Part shown: positions 38,286-49,075 of the stretch, one piece after another
How the letters are laid out: each line of letters starts with the position of its first letter
How positions within the stretch are numbered: position 1 is the stretch's first letter
Assembly (NCBI GenBank): GCA_963754315.1
Contig: CAVWFS010000018.1
Span: 640,001 to 704,000 of the forward strand
Direction of reading: 5' to 3'
DNA: 64,000 nucleotides
Source of the DNA: an uncultured Candidatus Rokubacteria bacterium
Lineage (GTDB): Bacteria > Methylomirabilota > Methylomirabilia > Rokubacteriales > CSP1-6
The notes under the pieces: model-generated
What the model was told of the DNA's origin: nothing
The model's database searches: none
Seen by the model: the letters and a program-made list of their open reading frames with translations, nothing else
Translations under genes and position numbers: made by a program

Positions 38286-39440
38286 GACGGGCGCAGCGCG
38301 CGCTGGCGGTCGAGCCGTTCCTCGCCGTGGAGATCGCCGAACGCGCCCAGGCCTTGGAGCGCGGCGGCGCCGACATCGTGCACTTCGAGTTCGGCGAGCC
38401 GGATTTCCAGGCACCCTCCGTCGTGCTCGAAGCCGCCGCAGAAAGCGCTCAAAGACGGACGGACTAAGTACACGTCCAGCCTCGGTATCCTCCCGCTGCG
38501 GGAAGCCATCGCCGAACACTATCTCAGTACCTACGGCGTGGCCATCTCGCCCGATCAGATCCTGGTCACGCCGGGAACGTCACCGGCCATGCTCCTGCTC
38601 TTCGGGCACTTGCTGGATCCGGGGGACGAGGTGATTCTGAGCGATCCCTACTACGCGTGTTATCCCCACTTCATCCGGTATGCGGACGGCGTCCCGGTCT
38701 TCGTACCCATCTTCGAGGCGGATCAGTTCCAGTACCGGCCAGAGGCGATTGACCAGCAACGGGGGCCGCGGACGCGCGCGGTCCTCGTGAACTCGCCGGC
38801 AAATCCGACAGGGGCTGTCCTCAGCGCGCAGCGGATGGCGGCCGTGGCGCGACTGGCGGACCAGGAAGGTCCCTTCATCGTTTCCGACGAGATCTATCAC
38901 GGTCTCAGCTACGAGGGGCGTGACCACTCGATCCTGGAGTTCACGGAGCGTGCCTTCGTCCTCAACGGGTTCTCCAAGGCGTTTGCCATGACGGGGTGGC
39001 GGCTCGGTTACCTGATCGGCCCGGCGGACCATATCAGGGCCCTGCAGACGCTATACGGAAACTTCTTCATCGCGACCAACGAATTCGTGCAGTGGGCGGG
39101 GGTGGCAGCGCTGCGCGAGGCCCACGAGGACGTTCGCCGTGCTCGCGCGATCTTCGACGAGCGGCGTCGCGCCATGGTGGCCGGTCTTCGTGAAGTCGGA
39201 CTGGGGGTGGGTTTCGAGCCGACCGGGGCCTTCTACGTGCTTGCCGACGCCCGCCGGTATACGAATGATTCGGCCCGTTTCGCCTACGAGATCCTGGAAA
39301 GGAGCCACGTGGCAGTGACACCCGGCGCTGCCTTCGGCCCTCGGGCTGAGGGATACTTGCGATTCTCCTACGCCACGTCGGTTGATCGGATTGGGGAGGG
39401 GCTGCGCCGTATCAGGCGTTTTCTGGACGATCTAGGGTGA
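38282..39440 (+). CDS. PLP-dependent class I/II aminotransferase, +1 frameshift near 38438
   Basis: GEPDF in the first frame. TKYTSSLG, NSPANPTG, SDEIY and NGFSKAFAMTGWRLGY in the second frame. Confidence 0.88.
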
Positions 39441-41596
39441 CGCGAGCGCCAAGAGGGCGGGAACGTCGACAGGCTCTGTGGGCGATGGCTGTGGGGTTCA
39501 CGGCCCTCTCGTTGGTGGCGGTCGTTTGGTTTTCCCTCGATCGCCGACCACCTGAATGGGACTACGCGAACCATCTCGAAGAGGCCGTCCGCTGCGCCCA
39601 TGGATTCGCCCGGGCAGACTGGGATGCTGTTCTCGGTCACTCGGCGTTCTACCCCCCCCTCGTTCCCTGTGCAGCCGGTCTCGTCTATTTGGCGGTTCCG
39701 ACCGATGTCGCCGCGGCGGCGGTGGTGCTCGTCACCGCCCTGGGGCTCGGCATGCTGGGGACCTACCTGCTCGCCCGCCCCGTTGCCGGCGAGACAGGAG
39801 GAGCTGTGGCCGCCCTGCTGTACGGTACCGCTCCGTTCGTGGTGTTCTCGATGCTCCACTTCCAGCTTGATCTGCCCCTCACGGCGATGGTCGCGCTGAT
39901 GCTCGTCGTGGCGCGACGAGCGGATGGTCTGCGCCAGCCGGGTTGGGCCCTGCTGGGTGGTGTGACCTTAGGGCTCGGGTTGCTCGTCAAGCCTCCGTTC
40001 ATGCTGTATGTCATGCCAGCGCTCCTCTGGCTGCTACGGGGAATGCGAGATGGGCGGGGTGCCTTCAACGGTCTCCTGTTGCTCATCACGGGCGTGGGGA
40101 TCGCGATTCCTTGGTACGGACCACGACTCTTCGGTCTTCCGACACAGGTGGCTTGGCGCTCGGTGTCGGCCGGCGAGTCGGTCCATCTCGATCCGCAGAC
40201 ATGGGCGGCGCTCACGCGCTACCTCACGTGGTTCCCGACGCAGTTCGGCGTGGCGGCGGCCGTCGTCTTCCTGGTGGGGCTGGCCGTGGCCATCGCCCAA
40301 CGACACTGGTGGCTGCTCATGTCGCTGGGGGCCCCCTTCCTGGTCTTCGAGTTGCTGCGCAACAAGAACCTGCGCTACACGCTACCGCTCTTGCCTGTGG
40401 CCGCCGTGGTGGCGGCCCTCGGGTGGCGCGCACTACCTCGTCGGGGGCGGATGGCGGTGGCGGCTGTGCTGGCGGTGGTGGCAGTTCTGCAGATCAGCGC
40501 CACCGCCTTCGACCTCCCACGGGCGGCGACGGTGCCCGGCCTGGCTCTCCCCCTCGGTGTCGGCTCTCCGCCAGTGAGGGATGATTGGCCCTTGCGTCGG
40601 ATCTTGGCCCTCATCGCACACGACAGCGGAGGGCGCTCGGCGACGGTGAGCATCGTGGCCAACCACCCGTTCTTCTCGAAGTCGAATTTCAGCTACTACG
40701 CCGTCCGGGAGGGGTTGCCGTTCGAGTTTGTCCGCGCCTGGGATGACACGCCGCTCGGCATCGACTACATGGTCCTCAAGACGGGCGACGTAGGACCGGC
40801 GTGGACGGAGAAGAAGATTCGCCACGTCATGACACGGATGGAAACCGAGGCCGATCTCGCCCAGGTCTTCCCCGTGATTGGGCGCTTCACCCTGCCGGAC
40901 GGTTCCCAGGCGATCGTTCGGGCTCGGCGACTGACACCGGTCCTGGACGTCACTCCGGCGATGGTGGCGGAGGCGGCCGAGCGAGCGTTCTGGAAGTGGG
41001 TCGACAACTACGCGCGGGACGTGGTGGGAGGGCGAGTGAGTCTCTCGTACGGCGCCGATGTGCGCGAGGGACGCTTCAGGCGTGTCGAGCTGGCCGCGGC
41101 AGGCGCGACGTTCGCCGAATTTCAGCGGCGACGCGCCGCACGCCTCCGGGTCGAGGATGTGAGGATGGTCTTCGACGACGTGGTCATCAATCCGTTCAGC
41201 GCGGTCCGCGCGGCGCACCTGGATCTGCTCGCGGTCGGGGGCCTGCGGCTCGAGCGGGCGATGATCAGAGCAGACGATCTGGCTCGCTTCCTCGGCGAAC
41301 TGCCCAAGATGCACACCCAAGTGAGACTTGACCACGGAGCCCTGGAGGTCGTGGTGAGCCAGTTCGGACCAGACTTCACGGGGAGGGTCCGCGTGCTGCC
41401 GGCGGCCGGCGTTCGGCCGTTTACGCTCATCGCCGAGGACGTCCGGGTGGGACCTCTTCCGTTACCAACCGCGCTCGTGCGTTGGGTGACGCGGCAGTTC
41501 GATCCCACGGGACGCATCGCTCGGCGCCTGGTCATGCCCGTAACCGTCGGGCGGATCACCATCGAGCCTGCCGCCGTCACCATCTCGTCTGACTAG
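39437..41596 (+). CDS. GT39/ArnT-like membrane glycosyltransferase with a large C-terminal extracytoplasmic domain
   Basis: PPEWDYANH, YPPL, LDLPLTA, LLVKP, RYTLP and many TMs, followed by a beta-rich C-terminal region. Confidence 0.8.
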   Translation: MTRAPRGRERRQALWAMAVGFTALSLVAVVWFSLDRRPPEWDYANHLEEAVRCAHGFARADWDAVLGHSAFYPPLVPCAAGLVYLAVPTDVAAAAVVLVTALGLGMLGTYLLARPVAGETGGAVAALLYGTAPFVVFSMLHFQLDLPLTAMVALMLVVARRADGLRQPGWALLGGVTLGLGLLVKPPFMLYVMPALLWLLRGMRDGRGAFNGLLLLITGVGIAIPWYGPRLFGLPTQVAWRSVSAGESVHLDPQTWAALTRYLTWFPTQFGVAAAVVFLVGLAVAIAQRHWWLLMSLGAPFLVFELLRNKNLRYTLPLLPVAAVVAALGWRALPRRGRMAVAAVLAVVAVLQISATAFDLPRAATVPGLALPLGVGSPPVRDDWPLRRILALIAHDSGGRSATVSIVANHPFFSKSNFSYYAVREGLPFEFVRAWDDTPLGIDYMVLKTGDVGPAWTEKKIRHVMTRMETEADLAQVFPVIGRFTLPDGSQAIVRARRLTPVLDVTPAMVAEAAERAFWKWVDNYARDVVGGRVSLSYGADVREGRFRRVELAAAGATFAEFQRRRAARLRVEDVRMVFDDVVINPFSAVRAAHLDLLAVGGLRLERAMIRADDLARFLGELPKMHTQVRLDHGALEVVVSQFGPDFTGRVRVLPAAGVRPFTLIAEDVRVGPLPLPTALVRWVTRQFDPTGRIARRLVMPVTVGRITIEPAAVTISSD

Positions 41597-41627
41597 TGGA
41601 TCTCCTTCGCGCGGGAGGTGTCGCGGT

Positions 41628-42308
41628 ATGAGGGAAACGAAGCAGGCCAAGCGGGCCCGGGTGCGCACGATTTTCCGCCTTCTCGAGCGCGCGTATCCCG
41701 ATGCGAAGATCGCGCTCGACTTCACCACCCCGCTCGAGCTGCTGGTGGCCACCATCCTCGCCGCGCAATGCACGGACGCCCGCGTCAACCTCGTGACCCC
41801 TTCCTTGTTCCGCGCCCACCGTTCGGCCCGCGACTACGCCTCCGCCGATCCGGGCGTTCTCGAGGAGGAGGTCCGCTCGACGGGCTTCTTTCGGGCCAAG
41901 ACCCGCGCCATTATCGGGATGGCGCGCGCGCTGCTCGAGCGCCACGGCGGCGAGGTGCCGCGCAGCCGGCAGGCCCTGACGGCCTTGCCGGGGGTGGGAC
42001 TCAAGACTGCGAACGTGGTGCTTGGCAATGCGTTCGGCGAACCCGCCATCGCCGTCGATACTCACGTGCTGCGCATCGCGCAGCGTCTTGGCCTGGCGCG
42101 GGGGGGCGATGCGGATCGCGTCCACGACCAACTCGTCGAGGTGCTTCCGCGTGCGACCTGGACGCGGTTCTGCCATCTGATCCAGGCGCACGGCCGTCGC
42201 ACGTGCACGGCGTTGAAGCCAGCCTGTCCGGTGTGTCCCGTTCGGGCGCAGTGCCCCTGGCCAGGCAAAACGTCCTCGCCCAGGACGAGCAAGAGGCGCG
42301 CTCCTTGA
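41628..42308 (+). CDS. nth: Endonuclease III
   Basis: LLVATILAAQCTDARVN, LPGVGLKTANVV, AVDTHV and a Cx6Cx2Cx5C Fe-S motif. Confidence 0.95.
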   Translation: MRETKQAKRARVRTIFRLLERAYPDAKIALDFTTPLELLVATILAAQCTDARVNLVTPSLFRAHRSARDYASADPGVLEEEVRSTGFFRAKTRAIIGMARALLERHGGEVPRSRQALTALPGVGLKTANVVLGNAFGEPAIAVDTHVLRIAQRLGLARGGDADRVHDQLVEVLPRATWTRFCHLIQAHGRRTCTALKPACPVCPVRAQCPWPGKTSSPRTSKRRAP

Positions 42309-42333
42309 CACGGGGTAGGGGTTGGTCTAACGT
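42305..42333 (+). promoter_or_regulatory. Sigma70 promoter of rplM-rpsI
   Basis: TTGACA (42305-42310), 17 bp spacer, TAACGT (42328-42333). Confidence 0.7.
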
Positions 42334-42378
42334 ACGTTTTTGCGTGTTTTTGGGCGGCAGCACGCCGAGGACGGTTCG

Positions 42379-42801
42379 ATGACGTCGAAAGAGTGTGAAG
42401 CTCAGCGGAATTGGTTCGTGATCAACGCCGAGGGTAAGGTCCTCGGGCGGTTGGCCTCCCGCGTAGCGACCCTGCTGCGGGGCAAACACAAAGTCACCTT
42501 TGTCCCGCATCTCGATGTCGGTGACCACGTCGTGGTCGTGAATGCCGAGAAAGTGCACCTCACGGGGCGCAAGAGTCGGCTGAAGCTCTATCGCACGCAT
42601 TCGGGATACATCGGAAGCCTCCGTGAGGTCACGGCCGAGCAGATGCTGATCCGTCACCCCGAGCGCGTGATCGAGTGGGCGGTGCAAGGTATGCTCCCCA
42701 AGAACCGCTTGGGGCGGGCCATGGCCCGAAAGCTCAAGGTGTACCGCGGGGCCGACCACCCGCACCAGGCCCAACAGCCCCAGACCCTGGAGATCCGCTG
42801 A
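42379..42801 (+). CDS. rplM: 50S ribosomal protein L13
   Basis: [26 protein letters not shown] and HPHQAQQP. Confidence 0.96.
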   Translation: MTSKECEAQRNWFVINAEGKVLGRLASRVATLLRGKHKVTFVPHLDVGDHVVVVNAEKVHLTGRKSRLKLYRTHSGYIGSLREVTAEQMLIRHPERVIEWAVQGMLPKNRLGRAMARKLKVYRGADHPHQAQQPQTLEIR

Positions 42802-43196
42802 TGGCGGTGCTGGAGCGTTCGTACGGAACGGGTCGTCGAAAGACCTCCGTGGCGCGTGTGTGGATCAAGCCCGGATCCGGCCGCATCGTGGTGAATCGTC
42901 GGTCGTTCGAGAACTACTTCCCGCGCGAGACCCTGCGCATGATCATCGCCCAGCCGTTTCAGGTGACTGGTACCGATGGTCAGTTCGACGTCGCTGTGAA
43001 CGTGGGCGGTGGCGGGCCAACCGGCCAAGCGGGAGCCGTACGTCACGGCATCGCGCGCGCTCTGGTGCGCCACGACGACAAGCTCCGCCTACCCCTGAAG
43101 AAGGCCGGACTCCTCACGCGTGATCCGCGGATGCGCGAACGCAAGAAGTACGGGCAGCCGGGCGCCCGCCAGAAATTCCAGTATTCGAAGCGGTAG
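42801..43196 (+). CDS. rpsI: 30S ribosomal protein S9
   Basis: [23 protein letters not shown] and FQYSKR. Confidence 0.97.
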   Translation: MAVLERSYGTGRRKTSVARVWIKPGSGRIVVNRRSFENYFPRETLRMIIAQPFQVTGTDGQFDVAVNVGGGGPTGQAGAVRHGIARALVRHDDKLRLPLKKAGLLTRDPRMRERKKYGQPGARQKFQYSKR

Positions 43197-43211
43197 GGCG
43201 GGGCCGGGGTG

Positions 43212-44264
43212 ATGTCGATTCGCGTGGCCGTCGCCGGGGCGAGCGGATACATCGGTGCCGAGCTCATCCGGCTCCTGCTCCGTCATCCACGGGTTGAATT
43301 GACGGCGGTGACGTCGGAGCGGCTGGCCGGGGAGCGGCTCGATCGAGCGTATGCCCACCTACGAGGTCTCACCGACCTCGTGTTCCACGACCTCGATGCC
43401 GACTGGCTAGCGGGGGCGGCCGACGTGACCATGCTCGCCCTGCCGCACTTGGAGTCGCAACGCGTGGTTCCCGTTTTGCGCCGGCACGGCCGTCGGGCGA
43501 TCGACCTCTCAGCGGACTACCGCCTGCGCGATGCGAACGACTACGTCACCTGGTACAAGGCGGCCCATGTGGATCCATCGGGGCTAGCCGAGGCGGTCTA
43601 CGGGATGCCGGAGTTGCATCGCAAGGCCATTGTCGGCGCTTCCCTGGTCGCCGTGCCGGGGTGCTATCCGGCGGGCGCCATTCTGGCCACGGCGCCGCTA
43701 TTCAGAGCGGGCATGGCGCGAGCAGACGGTATCGTCGTGGACGGTAAGTCGGGGGTGACGGGGGCGGGGGCCCAGGGTCGAAAGATCGACCCCATGTATC
43801 TCTATACCGAGGCCAACGAGAATGTGCAGGCCTATGGGCTCGGTTTCCATCGACACACTGCGGAGATGGAGCAGGAGATGAGCGCTCTGCTGGGGGAGAC
43901 GATCCGGGTGTCCTTCACCCCGCATCTTCTGCCTCTCAACCGAGGGCTGTTCACGACCGTCTCGGTTCCACTGGCCCGCTCGATCTCGACTGCCGAGCTC
44001 GTCCGCTGCTACCGCGAGTTCTATGCCGGGGAGCCGTTCGTGCGCGTCGCGGACGAGGGGGGCTACCCCACCACGCGGCACGTAGTCGGCTCCAACTTCT
44101 GCGACGTCACGGTGATCGCCGACCCCCGTACACAGCGCGCCACGTGTGTCTCCGCCCTCGACAACCTCGGTAAGGGCGGATCGGCGAACGGTATTCACAA
44201 TCTCAACGTGATGATGGGATGGGACGAGCGTACCGGCCTCGACGCTCCGCCCACGTATCCCTAG
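43212..44264 (+). CDS. argC: N-acetyl-gamma-glutamyl-phosphate reductase
   Basis: GASGYIGAEL, IDLSADYR, PGCYP, KSGVTGAG and DNLGKG. Confidence 0.95.
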   Translation: MSIRVAVAGASGYIGAELIRLLLRHPRVELTAVTSERLAGERLDRAYAHLRGLTDLVFHDLDADWLAGAADVTMLALPHLESQRVVPVLRRHGRRAIDLSADYRLRDANDYVTWYKAAHVDPSGLAEAVYGMPELHRKAIVGASLVAVPGCYPAGAILATAPLFRAGMARADGIVVDGKSGVTGAGAQGRKIDPMYLYTEANENVQAYGLGFHRHTAEMEQEMSALLGETIRVSFTPHLLPLNRGLFTTVSVPLARSISTAELVRCYREFYAGEPFVRVADEGGYPTTRHVVGSNFCDVTVIADPRTQRATCVSALDNLGKGGSANGIHNLNVMMGWDERTGLDAPPTYP

Positions 44265-44302
44265 CCGCCACCATGCTGAGTCCAGGACCGGGCGCTCGGT
44301 AG

Positions 44303-45517
44303 ATGCCCGAATTGGAGTGGCTAGACGGCGGAGTGACGGCCGTCCCCGGGATTCTGGCGGGGGCGGTGGCGGGGGGTATCAAGCCGAGCGGCAAGAAAGA
44401 TTTGGCCTTGGTGCACTCCCCAACGCCAGCGCGGGTCGCCGCGGTCTTCACCTCGAACCAGGTCAAGGGGGCGCCCGTCCTCGTGTCGATGGAGCACGCC
44501 CGCGGTGGCGTGGCCCAAGCCATCATTGCCTCCAGCGGGTGTGCCAACGTCTGCACGGGCGAGCAAGGGATCCGCGACGCGCGCGAGATGACCAAATCGG
44601 TGGCTGACCTCTTGCGGATCTCGCCCCAGCACGTCTTGATCGCGTCCACCGGGGTCATCGGCGTTCCGCTTCCGATGGATCGAATCCGTGGAGCGCTGCC
44701 GAAGCTGGTCAAAGCCCTCTCCCCCCAGGGGGGTCGTGCGGCCGCCGAGGCCATCATGACCACTGACACGCGGCCCAAGGAGGCGGCGCTCCGGGTGGAG
44801 GTAAGCGGGCGCCCCATCACGCTCGGTGGCATGGCCAAGGGGGTGGGGATGATCGAGCCACACCTGGCCACCATGTTCTGTTTCGTCACCACCGATGCCG
44901 TGATTGCGCGCGACGCCCTGGCCGGTATCACGCGGCGGGCGGTTGACCGATCGTTCAACCGCATCAGCGTGGATAGTGATCAGTCGACGAGTGACACCGT
45001 CGCCGTACTGGCCAACGGACTGGCCGAGAACGCCGCCCTCGAGCGAGGCAGCCGAGGGCTCCGCCAGTTCGCGCGGGGGCTGGAAGCCCTGATGGACCGG
45101 CTGGCGCGTATGCTCATCGTCGACGGGGAAGGGGCTACCAAGCTGGTCACGATCAGCGTGCGGGGGGCGGCCTCTCGCCGCGATGCCACCGTCGCTGCCC
45201 GCAGCGTGGCGAACTCCCCGCTGGTGAAGACGGCCATCAACGGGCAGGACCCCAACTGGGGGCGCATCATGATGGCGCTCGGAAAGGCGCCCGCGCGGGT
45301 GGAACAGGCGCGGGTGAGCATCGCCTTCGGCGAGGAGACCATCGTCGAGCGCGGGATGCTGCGCGAGGGCGTACGGCTCGAGAAGATCCACGAGGTGATG
45401 ACCCAGGCCGAGTACGCCATTACCATCGATCTGGGCCTGGGCTCGGGTGAGGACAGGGTGGTGACGTGCGACCTCTCCGAGGAATACGTCCGCATCAACG
45501 CCAAGTACACGACATGA
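44303..45517 (+). CDS. argJ: Bifunctional ornithine acetyltransferase/N-acetylglutamate synthase
   Basis: [40 protein letters not shown] and [13 protein letters not shown]. Confidence 0.95.
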   Translation: MPELEWLDGGVTAVPGILAGAVAGGIKPSGKKDLALVHSPTPARVAAVFTSNQVKGAPVLVSMEHARGGVAQAIIASSGCANVCTGEQGIRDAREMTKSVADLLRISPQHVLIASTGVIGVPLPMDRIRGALPKLVKALSPQGGRAAAEAIMTTDTRPKEAALRVEVSGRPITLGGMAKGVGMIEPHLATMFCFVTTDAVIARDALAGITRRAVDRSFNRISVDSDQSTSDTVAVLANGLAENAALERGSRGLRQFARGLEALMDRLARMLIVDGEGATKLVTISVRGAASRRDATVAARSVANSPLVKTAINGQDPNWGRIMMALGKAPARVEQARVSIAFGEETIVERGMLREGVRLEKIHEVMTQAEYAITIDLGLGSGEDRVVTCDLSEEYVRINAKYTT

Positions 45518-45527
45518 CGCACATGAT

Positions 45528-45594
45528 CACGCACGCCGCGACACCATCGGTGCGGAGCCCGGGTGGCTCCGAGCGCGCGGCGGAGGCACAACCG
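45528..45594 (+). promoter_or_regulatory. rpsB leader (t44/S2 autoregulatory RNA)
   Basis: CACGCACGCCGCG...GGTGC...CGCGGCGGAGGCACAACC follows the rpsB leader pattern (CACAC...GGUGC...GGAGGCAUAACC). CGCCGCG pairs with CGCGGCG. Confidence 0.75.
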
Positions 45595-45605
45595 AGGGAG
45601 GAATC

Positions 45606-46367
45606 ATGGCCGCATTGACGATGAAGGAATTGTTGGAGGCCGGCGTGCATTTCGGCCACCAGACCAAGCGTTGGAATCCCAAGATGCAGAAGTACATCTT
45701 CGGCGAGCGCAACGGCATTTACATCATTGACTTGCAAAAGACGCTCAAGAAGTTCCGCGAGGCCTACGCCTTCGTGCGTGACTTGGCGGCGGGGGGCGGG
45801 ACGGTGCTCTTCGTGGGCACCAAGAAGCAGGCGCAGGAAACGGTGCTGGAAGAGGCCGCGCGGTGCGGAATGTTCTACGTCAACCAGCGCTGGCTGGGCG
45901 GGACGCTCACCAACTTCACCACCATCCGCAAGTCCATCGCCCGCCTCAAGCGCCTCGAGGAAATGCGGGATACCGGAGAGTACGACCGGCTACCTAAGAA
46001 AGAAGCGCTCGAGCTGGAGCGGGAGCGCCAGAAGCTCGAGAAGGCCCTGGTGGGCATCAAGACGATGGAGCAGCTGCCGGCGGCAGTGTTCATCGTCGAT
46101 CCGCGCAAGGAAGCCATTGCGGTGGCGGAGGCGCAGCGGCTGGGGATCTCCATCGTGGCCATCGTGGACACCAACTGCGACCCCACTGGAATCGACTACC
46201 CCATTCCCGGCAACGACGATGCGATCCGGGCCGTGCGGCTGATTGCTTCCCGCGTGGCTGACGCCATCAACGAGGGTCGGGGCACCTTGGCCAAGGACAC
46301 TGACGAGATTGAGCCCGGCGATGGCGGGGTGGATCTCGAGATGCCCGTCGCAGTCGCGGAAGCCTGA
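45606..46367 (+). CDS. rpsB: 30S ribosomal protein S2
   Basis: [27 protein letters not shown] and PGNDDAIR. Confidence 0.98.
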   Translation: MAALTMKELLEAGVHFGHQTKRWNPKMQKYIFGERNGIYIIDLQKTLKKFREAYAFVRDLAAGGGTVLFVGTKKQAQETVLEEAARCGMFYVNQRWLGGTLTNFTTIRKSIARLKRLEEMRDTGEYDRLPKKEALELERERQKLEKALVGIKTMEQLPAAVFIVDPRKEAIAVAEAQRLGISIVAIVDTNCDPTGIDYPIPGNDDAIRAVRLIASRVADAINEGRGTLAKDTDEIEPGDGGVDLEMPVAVAEA

Positions 46368-46370
46368 GCC

Positions 46371-46976
46371 GTGGCGACGGACGCGCAGACGGTCAGGGAG
46401 CTCCGGGACCAAACCGGAGCGGGAGTCATGGACTGCAAGGTCGCCCTGCAAGCCACGAGCGGCGATCTCCAGGCTGCCCTCGAGTACTTGCGCAAGAAGG
46501 GATTGGCCGACGCCGCCAAGCGCGGGCATCGGGAGACACGCGAAGGACTGGTAGAGGCGTACATCCATCCGGGTGGGAAGCTCGGCGTGCTGGTCGAGGT
46601 CGCTTGTGAGACGGACTTCGTGGCGAAGACCGATGCCTTCCGGGAGCTGGTGCGCGACCTGGCGATGCAGGTCGCAGCCGCCAATCCTGCCTACGTGTCG
46701 CGGGACGAGGTCCCGCCCCACGTACTCGAAAAGGAGCGTGAGATCTATCGTGCCCAGATGGCCGACCAGAAGAAGCCGCCGCCCGTGCTCGATAAGATCG
46801 TCGAGGGCAAGCTCGAAAAGTTCTTCAGTGAGCAGTGCCTCCTCGAGCAGGCCTTTGTGAAGGACGCCTCCGGCAAGACCCGGGTCAAGGACGTGGTCGA
46901 TGGGGTCAACGCCAAGACCCAAGAACGCATCGTCATCAAGCGCTTTGCCCGCTTCAGGATCGGCGAGGGGGGGTAG
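46371..46976 (+). CDS. tsf: Elongation factor Ts (short form)
   Basis: LRDQTGAGVMDCK, CETDFVA and EQCLLEQAF. Confidence 0.96.
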   Translation: MATDAQTVRELRDQTGAGVMDCKVALQATSGDLQAALEYLRKKGLADAAKRGHRETREGLVEAYIHPGGKLGVLVEVACETDFVAKTDAFRELVRDLAMQVAAANPAYVSRDEVPPHVLEKEREIYRAQMADQKKPPPVLDKIVEGKLEKFFSEQCLLEQAFVKDASGKTRVKDVVDGVNAKTQERIVIKRFARFRIGEGG

Positions 46977-46979
46977 ACC

Positions 46980-47723
46980 ATGGCGGCGGACGCCGGTTGC
47001 TCACGCCCGGCCTACCGCCGAGTAGTCCTGAAGCTCTCGGGAGAGGCGCTGGCCGGGAACCTCGGCTACGGCATCGACCCTCCCGTACTCTCCCGGATCG
47101 GCCAGGAAGTACGCGACGTGGCCGGGCTGGGAGTTCAAGTGGCCATCGTCATCGGAGGCGGGAACATCTTCCGTGGCATTGCCGCCAGCGCCGGGGGGAT
47201 GGAGCGGGCCACCGCAGACTACATGGGTATGCTGGCCACCGTGATCAACGCGCTCGCGCTCCAGGACGCTCTTGAGAAAGCCGGGCTACAGACCCGAGTT
47301 CTCTCGGCCATCGAGATGCGTGCGGTGGCGGAGCCGTACATCCGACGGCGCGCGATTCGCCACCTCGAGAAGGGGCGGGTGGTCATCTTCGCGGCGGGTA
47401 CCGGCAATCCCTTCTTCACCACCGACACGGCGGGCGCGCTGCGTGCAATCGAGATCGGGGCCGACGTGATCATGAAGGCCACCAAGGTCGACGGCATCTA
47501 CACCGCCGATCCCAAACGCGACGCCGGCGCCGAGCGCCTGGAGCGGGTGACGTACATCGACGTCCTCAGCCGACGGCTCGAGGTGATGGACACCACCGCT
47601 ATTTCGCTGTGTATGGAAAACTCACTGCCCATCGTCGTGTTCGACCTCACCAGCACGGGGAACATCAGGCGAATCGTGCTCGGCGAGCCGGTCGGTTCCA
47701 TCGTGTCGTCCACGGGAGGGTGA
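46980..47723 (+). CDS. pyrH: UMP kinase
   Basis: [16 protein letters not shown] and [10 protein letters not shown]. Confidence 0.97.
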   Translation: MAADAGCSRPAYRRVVLKLSGEALAGNLGYGIDPPVLSRIGQEVRDVAGLGVQVAIVIGGGNIFRGIAASAGGMERATADYMGMLATVINALALQDALEKAGLQTRVLSAIEMRAVAEPYIRRRAIRHLEKGRVVIFAAGTGNPFFTTDTAGALRAIEIGADVIMKATKVDGIYTADPKRDAGAERLERVTYIDVLSRRLEVMDTTAISLCMENSLPIVVFDLTSTGNIRRIVLGEPVGSIVSSTGG

Positions 47724-47724
47724 C

Positions 47725-48279
47725 ATGCAGGCACTCATGAAGGAAACAGAGGCCCGTATGGTGGCCGCCGTCGATGCCCTGTCCCGCGAGCTGGCTTCCA
47801 TTCGCACAGGACGGGCCTCGGCCAGCTTGCTCGATACGATCCGGGTCGACTACTACGGGACGATTACCGCGCTCAACCAGATGGCGTCGATCACCGTCCC
47901 CGATGCACGCACCATTACCATTCAGCCCTGGGAGATTGGGCAGCTCAAGGCGATCGAGAAGGCCATCGTGGCGTCCGATCTCGGCCTCACCCCGATGAAC
48001 GACGGCAAGATCATCCGCCTCACCCTGCCCACCCTGACCGAAGAACGCCGCAAGCAGTTGGCCAAGACGGTGGGCAAAGTGGCCGAGGAAGGACGCGTGG
48101 CCATCCGCAATCTCCGGCGCGAAACGAACGACAAGCTCAAGGCCATGGCCAAGGACAAGAAGGTCTCGGAGGACGAAGAGCGTCGCGGCCATGAACAGAT
48201 CCAGAAGACGACCGATCGCTTCATCGCCAAGGTGGACGAGCTGCTGAAGAAAAAGGAAGGGGAGATCCTCACCATCTAG
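47725..48279 (+). CDS. frr: Ribosome recycling factor
   Basis: IRTGRAS, VDYYG, PTLTEERRK and VAIRNLRR. Confidence 0.97.
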   Translation: MQALMKETEARMVAAVDALSRELASIRTGRASASLLDTIRVDYYGTITALNQMASITVPDARTITIQPWEIGQLKAIEKAIVASDLGLTPMNDGKIIRLTLPTLTEERRKQLAKTVGKVAEEGRVAIRNLRRETNDKLKAMAKDKKVSEDEERRGHEQIQKTTDRFIAKVDELLKKKEGEILTI

Positions 48280-48283
48280 TCTA

Positions 48284-49075
48284 ATGGGGCCATCGATGGC
48301 GGCTCTACGATCTCGGGGCTCGTTGCCGGTGAGACCGGTCGGCGAAGAGGCAAGGCTTCTCGACGCTTTGCGCTCGCACCCTGTACCCGAGCACGTGGCC
48401 ATCATCATGGACGGCAATGGCCGGTGGGCCACTCGGCGCGGGCGGCCGCGGATGGTTGGCCATCGAGAAGGCGTGAAGACCGCCCGGCGCATCGTGGCGG
48501 CGGCGGGGACGGCCGGCCTCCGCTACTTGACGCTCTTCGCCTTCTCCACCGAGAACTGGAGCCGCCCGCAGGCGGAAGTCCTGACTCTCATGAGCTTGCT
48601 CGAGAAGTCCGTCGCGGCTGAGCTACCCGACCTCATGCGACAGAACGTCCGCCTGCGCGTGCTCGGCCGACCCCACCGGGTCCCCGAGGCCGTCCAACGC
48701 GGTATCGACCGCGTAGTCCGCGAGACGGCTGACAACACAGGCCTCACCCTGCTCATGGCCTTCAATTACGGGGGGCGTGACGAACTGCTCGACGCCGTGC
48801 GGGCGATAGCCCGCCAGGTGAAGACAGGCGAGCTTGACCCTGACGACATCGGCGAGAAGCACGTGGCGCGCGCCCTGTACACGGCAGACGTGCCGGACCC
48901 CGATCTGCTCATCAGGACCAGCGGGGAGATGCGGATCTCGAACTTCCTGCTGTGGCAGATCGCGTACACCGAGCTGTGGATCACGCCGATCCTGTGGCCC
49001 GATTTCGGAGCGGTCGATCTGTATCGGGCTATCGTGGAGTTTCAGGGACGAACGCGCCGTTTCGGCGGGGTGTGA
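48284..49075 (+). CDS. uppS: Undecaprenyl diphosphate synthase
   Basis: HVAIIMDGNGRWA, FSTENWSRP and IRTSGEMRISNFLLWQ. The start could be 48296. Confidence 0.95.
   Translation: MGPSMAALRSRGSLPVRPVGEEARLLDALRSHPVPEHVAIIMDGNGRWATRRGRPRMVGHREGVKTARRIVAAAGTAGLRYLTLFAFSTENWSRPQAEVLTLMSLLEKSVAAELPDLMRQNVRLRVLGRPHRVPEAVQRGIDRVVRETADNTGLTLLMAFNYGGRDELLDAVRAIARQVKTGELDPDDIGEKHVARALYTADVPDPDLLIRTSGEMRISNFLLWQIAYTELWITPILWPDFGAVDLYRAIVEFQGRTRRFGGV

Noticed and set aside
38455..38470. Stop-codon readthrough in the aminotransferase
   Set aside because: The downstream part is in a different frame. A single extra base near 38438 explains it.
46371..46976. Truncated EF-Ts
   Set aside because: The short form of about 200 aa is a known natural type in several phyla.
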